Shown here piece by piece: positions 7,107 to 9,432 of a stretch of DNA of 9,432 nucleotides (within the stretch, counting starts at the first letter, position 1; the number at the start of each line of letters is the position of its first letter). This DNA is from Naegleria gruberi (Eukaryota). Where the stretch lies: the NCBI GenBank assembly GCA_000004985.1, contig GG739038.1; one strand, given 5' to 3'. A program made the translations under genes and the position numbers. Below the pieces are notes generated by a model. That model saw only the letters and a program-made list of their open reading frames with translations. It had not been told where the DNA came from and did no database searches.

Positions 7107-7548
7107 TCTTCATCCAAACACTCATCATCATCCTCAAAATGACCATTATCAATTGTTATGGATCAGCAACAGTAAGATCTCCGCACGTTATCATCTTCAT
7201 CAACATTGATTGCAGCATTGCCAAATACAATTCCGACACTTCTTGGTAGTTGCCAGCTGGCAGGTTGGGACAAGTGGCCTTAATAGATTTAAGAATGTTG
7301 TCAGATCCCGCCAATTCCCTTTGTAAAATCAAAGGCTATTTTTACCTTAAAAAAATGGCATACTACTTTGTATTCGAGGAGGTATCGTACAAGGAAATCA
7401 TTGCGTAACAGGTTGCTCAACTATAGTATTTACATTGGACAATCAAGGATTGGTAAATCGATATAGTAGTTTTGAACTAATATGAATTGGATGAATCGAC
7501 TAGTATGTATTTAAGCCTGTGATATTCCGATCATCATCATTATTATAG

Positions 7549-7803
7549 TTGATCAACAGGACGATTCATCATCAACAACAAAAACAAGAACAGCTTCCGA
7601 ATCAGATCAAACCACAGAGGGTAGGAAGTTGCAACTCTGCTATCAAAGGTCCTGGTGTTTTTTGCTTGCTAACTTTGACGACACGTTTGTACCCTCATTG
7701 TTGCACAAATACCACTCTCAATTGCTTAAATGTAAGTATCACGAATAATTAATTATTAAGACTTGTTCTCTTTTCAGAAATACATCTCTTCAATATTAAC
7801 ACT
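7549..7803 (+). other. Candidate exons of a spliced plus-strand transcript (coding or 5'UTR). They comprise an exon at 7549-7731, a 46-nt intron at 7732-7777 (GTAAGT...ctcttttcag), a 26-nt micro-exon at 7778-7803, and a second GTAAGTAG donor at 7804 running into the N-run.
   Basis: Canonical splice signals can be read directly. The exon at 7549 follows a pyrimidine-AG (ttattatag at 7540-7548). The track ORF 7549..7752 starts at TTG, not ATG, so it is an exon candidate rather than a gene start. Possible upstream exons sit around 7346-7372 (aaaaaaATGgcatactac...gaggag|gtatcg...taacag) and 7405-7446. The frame and protein identity are unresolved. Confidence 0.25.
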
Positions 7804-7828
7804 GTAAGTAGTAAATGAGAATATCATC

Positions 7829-8179
7829 NNNNNNNNNNNNNNNNNNNNNNNNNNNNNNNNNNNNNNNNNNNNNNNNNNNNNNNNNNNNNNNNNNNNNNNN
7901 NNNNNNNNNNNNNNNNNNNNNNNNNNNNNNNNNNNNNNNNNNNNNNNNNNNNNNNNNNNNNNNNNNNNNNNNNNNNNNNNNNNNNNNNNNNNNNNNNNNN
8001 NNNNNNNNNNNNNNNNNNNNNNNNNNNNNNNNNNNNNNNNNNNNNNNNNNNNNNNNNNNNNNNNNNNNNNNNNNNNNNNNNNNNNNNNNNNNNNNNNNNN
8101 NNNNNNNNNNNNNNNNNNNNNNNNNNNNNNNNNNNNNNNNNNNNNNNNNNNNNNNNNNNNNNNNNNNNNNNNNNNNNNN
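7829..8179. other. Run of 351 N's (gap or masked).
   Basis: A contiguous n run. Track ORFs 7815..8186 (+) and 7824..8264 (-, TTG start) are artefacts of translating N. Confidence 0.99.
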
Positions 8180-8289
8180 AAAGTAATTGTTCTTGTATTA
8201 AATCAAGAGAAGAATCATTATTGGATAGATCATCTCCAACAAGTGAATGGTCATTGTAAGTCAACTTTTCAATTTACTAATTGTTAATT

Positions 8290-8550
8290 ACATTCTCAAG
8301 TTTGATTGGAAATCATTAAATGAATAGGATTGGATTGATTCATTTTGGATATGAACGAATCTCATTATTGGACATGAATCATATGGTTTATTTTCATTAG
8401 AACTCAATCCTATAGAATCATTTCATGATGCGAAGAGTCTGAATCATATTGTTTAATCATTAGATAGAATCACTTCATGATGTGAAGAGTAGTAATTTCT
8501 CCTTACCTCAACTTGTAAATTTTCGACTTGTTAATTTTGACAAGTCAATA
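8290..8550. repeat. Motif field upstream of UBC9 with at least 8 copies of (t)gaatcat/atgattc, including two 27-nt direct repeats, atagaatcaYttcatgatgYgaagagt at 8412-8438 and 8464-8490. It also holds a short inverted repeat gacttgt/acaagtc (8525-8531 / 8540-8546) containing ttgacaagtcaa.
   Basis: Read directly. The copies are gaatcattaaatg, ttgattcatttt, gaatctcatt, tgaatcatatgg, agaatcatttcatgatg, tgaatcatattg, taatcattag and agaatcacttcatgatg. The two 27-mers differ at 2 positions and are 52 nt apart. Confidence 0.55.
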
Positions 8551-8987
8551 AATTATCAATTATTTACAACAATTTTGGTATCAAGTTTTGATGTCTACAT
8601 TGGTACTCAGTTTTGATCCTTTTTATTTTTTTATTTTGAATCACAGGTCCAGAATCTGTACATCACTTAGCAAACTCAATATCAAAACCAATGATCCCAG
8701 ATATCAAACTTCAATAAAACCCATAACCAAAAAGCTTCGCGATTTTGATCAAACATTGATCTGGAAATTTTATACGGGTTAACTTTAAATAGTGGAAGAA
8801 AATAATGTTTCCACACAATTAAATCCTTGTTATTAATTCTTTGGTAGCACAGATGATGAATTCGTCATTAAACAAATAACATTGTTCTCTTCTGAATATT
8901 GAGCAAGAAGGCTTGTAGAAATGGGCCATGCAATTTTTTAATAAAAATAAAATTGTTTTCAAAAATTTAAAAAAAAGCAAAAACAAA

Positions 8988-9053
8988 ATGTCCTCCATCG
9001 CTAGAAAGAGAGTTATGGAAGAGAGAAAGAACTGGAGAAAGGACCACCCTTAT
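8988..9053 (+). CDS. UBC9: UBC9-type SUMO-conjugating enzyme (E2), exon 1, 22 codons.
   Basis: ATG at 8988 preceded by aaaacaaa. It reads MSSIARKRVMEERKNWRKDHPY, matching the UBC9 N-terminus ...L/RxxERKxWRKDHPF. It is followed by the donor GTATGT at 9054. The track ORF 8928..9122 is this exon read through the donor into the intron, plus a spurious upstream extension. Confidence 0.85.
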
Positions 9054-9194
9054 GTATGTATTGTTTTGAGGTGTAATTTAATATCGATATATAAAGAATA
9101 TTTTCTTCCGATCACCAAATAATTAAATTGATTTTAATGATGACAATAATTTACTATATTGTGTGATGAAAATTAACAACAACAACAATAACAG
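9054..9194 (+). other. UBC9: Spliceosomal intron of UBC9, 141 nt, GTATGT...AACAG, phase 0.
   Basis: The donor gtatgt is at 9054-9059. The acceptor is ...caacaacaataacag|GGTTTC, with AG at 9193-9194. Joining restores HPY|GFWARP, colinear with HPF|GFVAVP in canonical UBC9. Confidence 0.8.
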
Positions 9195-9432
9195 GGTTTC
9201 TGGGCCAGACCTCAACAACAAGAAGACGGAACAACTAATGTAATGGTATGGAATTGTGGTATCCCAGGTAAACCAGGTACAATATGGGAAGGAGGTGAAT
9301 ATAGATTAGATATTGAATTCCCTGATGAATATCCAGACAAGCCTCCAAAGTGTAAATTTGTACCACCACTTTTCCATCCAAACATTTTCCCAAGTGGTAC
9401 TGTTTGTTTGAGTATTTTGAATGAAGATAAGG
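9195..9432 (+). CDS. UBC9: UBC9-type SUMO E2, exon 2 (UBC fold core). It is partial and continues past the window end.
   Basis: It reads [79 protein letters not shown]. It carries the UBC9 hallmarks PPKCKF, the HPN motif, and the active-site Cys in SGTVCLSIL. Confidence 0.85.

Noticed and set aside
6960-7142. 60-aa plus-strand ORF MKPSQFQLCMLPFKLSCPCM...VPATVPIYEGYALPHSSSKHSSSSSK as a real small gene.
   Set aside because: Its only meaningful segment (TVPIYEGYALPH) is the out-of-frame continuation of an actin relic whose upstream part ([27 protein letters not shown]) is in another frame with a stop. It is a pseudogene fragment, not a gene.
7252-7261. 10-bp perfect palindrome gccagctggc (E-box CAGCTG core).
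   Set aside because: It is isolated and short, sitting in the unexplained stretch just 3' of the actin relic. A single 10-mer palindrome is expected by chance at this scale.
7815-8264. ORFs 7815..8186 (+) and 7824..8264 (-) across the second N-run.
   Set aside because: They are X-string artefacts. The minus-strand one also begins at a TTG (plus-strand caa at 8262-8264), so the track evidently allows non-ATG starts.
8420-8445. C/D-box snoRNA candidate from catgatgcg ... tctga near 8425, and tgatga strings in the UBC9 intron (9131, 9156).
   Set aside because: The C-like and D-like boxes are only about 10 nt apart, and no terminal stem or second box lies at snoRNA spacing. The UBC9 intron has no CTGA at all.
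8588-8782. 64-aa ORF MMSTLVLSFDPFYFFILNHRS... upstream of UBC9.
   Set aside because: Low-complexity, T-rich codons in a promoter region, with no start context and no similarity to anything recognisable.
8928-9122. 64-aa ORF MQFFNKNKIVFKNLKKSKNKMSSIARKRVMEERKNWRKDHPYVCIVLRCNLISIYKEYFLPITK as the UBC9 first exon.
   Set aside because: The upstream 20 codons lie in the AT-rich promoter with no A-tract start context. The downstream part reads through the GTATGT donor at 9054 into the intron. The real exon 1 is 8988-9053, spliced to 9195.
1-9432. Prokaryotic-style defence or novel-system architecture (operons of toxin/nuclease/ATPase genes, CRISPR repeats, integrase-flanked islands).
   Set aside because: The window is eukaryotic, with spliceosomal introns, an AATAAA signal, a signal-peptide gene, and ubiquitin-fold, UBC9 and actin sequences. 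The only operon-like trait is the tight same-strand spacing at 5629-6378, reported above as a finding.

Overview
This is eukaryotic nuclear DNA, not a prokaryotic locus. Only about 56% of the window can be read. Two N-runs (1705-5520, 3816 nt; 7829-8179, 351 nt) hide the rest, and every long ORF in the track that crosses them (the X-strings) is an artefact.

The evidence for a eukaryotic origin is direct. The sequence is AT-rich, roughly one-third GC. It has spliceosomal introns with GTATGT/GTAAGT donors and (Y)nAG acceptors, including a 141-nt intron in UBC9 and a 46-nt GTAAGT...TTTTCAG intron at 7732-7777. Five or more A's sit directly before every confident ATG. An AATAAA lies about 30 nt past one stop codon. 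I cannot assign the taxon; fungal, protist and small-intron metazoan genomes all fit.

Confident content:
- a signal-peptide (secreted) protein gene on the minus strand, 5-1126, whose 3' end lies beyond the window;
- a divergently transcribed plus-strand gene whose N-terminus (1407-1704) runs into the big gap;
- a minus-strand gene whose N-terminus (5629 down to 5521) exits the other side of the gap;
- a free-standing 76-aa ubiquitin-like gene ending in Gly-Gly-stop (5815-6045, minus strand), about 33-37% identical to ubiquitin/NEDD8/Rub1;
- a decayed actin pseudogene fragment (about 6897-7106, plus strand) with an in-frame TGA and a 2-nt frameshift;
- the 5' part of a UBC9-type SUMO E2 gene (exon 1 8988-9053, intron 9054-9194, exon 2 9195 to the window end).

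Lower-confidence items are a beta-propeller-like open exon at 6088-6378 (minus strand) that stops only 42 nt before the ubiquitin-like ATG, and short-intron exon candidates at 7549-7803.

Non-coding structure includes perfect palindromes at 1344-1378 and 6664-6708 and a GAATCAT motif field with 27-nt direct repeats upstream of UBC9. The most interesting object is the divergent, precursor-less ubiquitin-like modifier sitting about 3 kb from a divergent UBC9 in a very compact same-strand gene array. I found no CRISPR, tRNA or rRNA.
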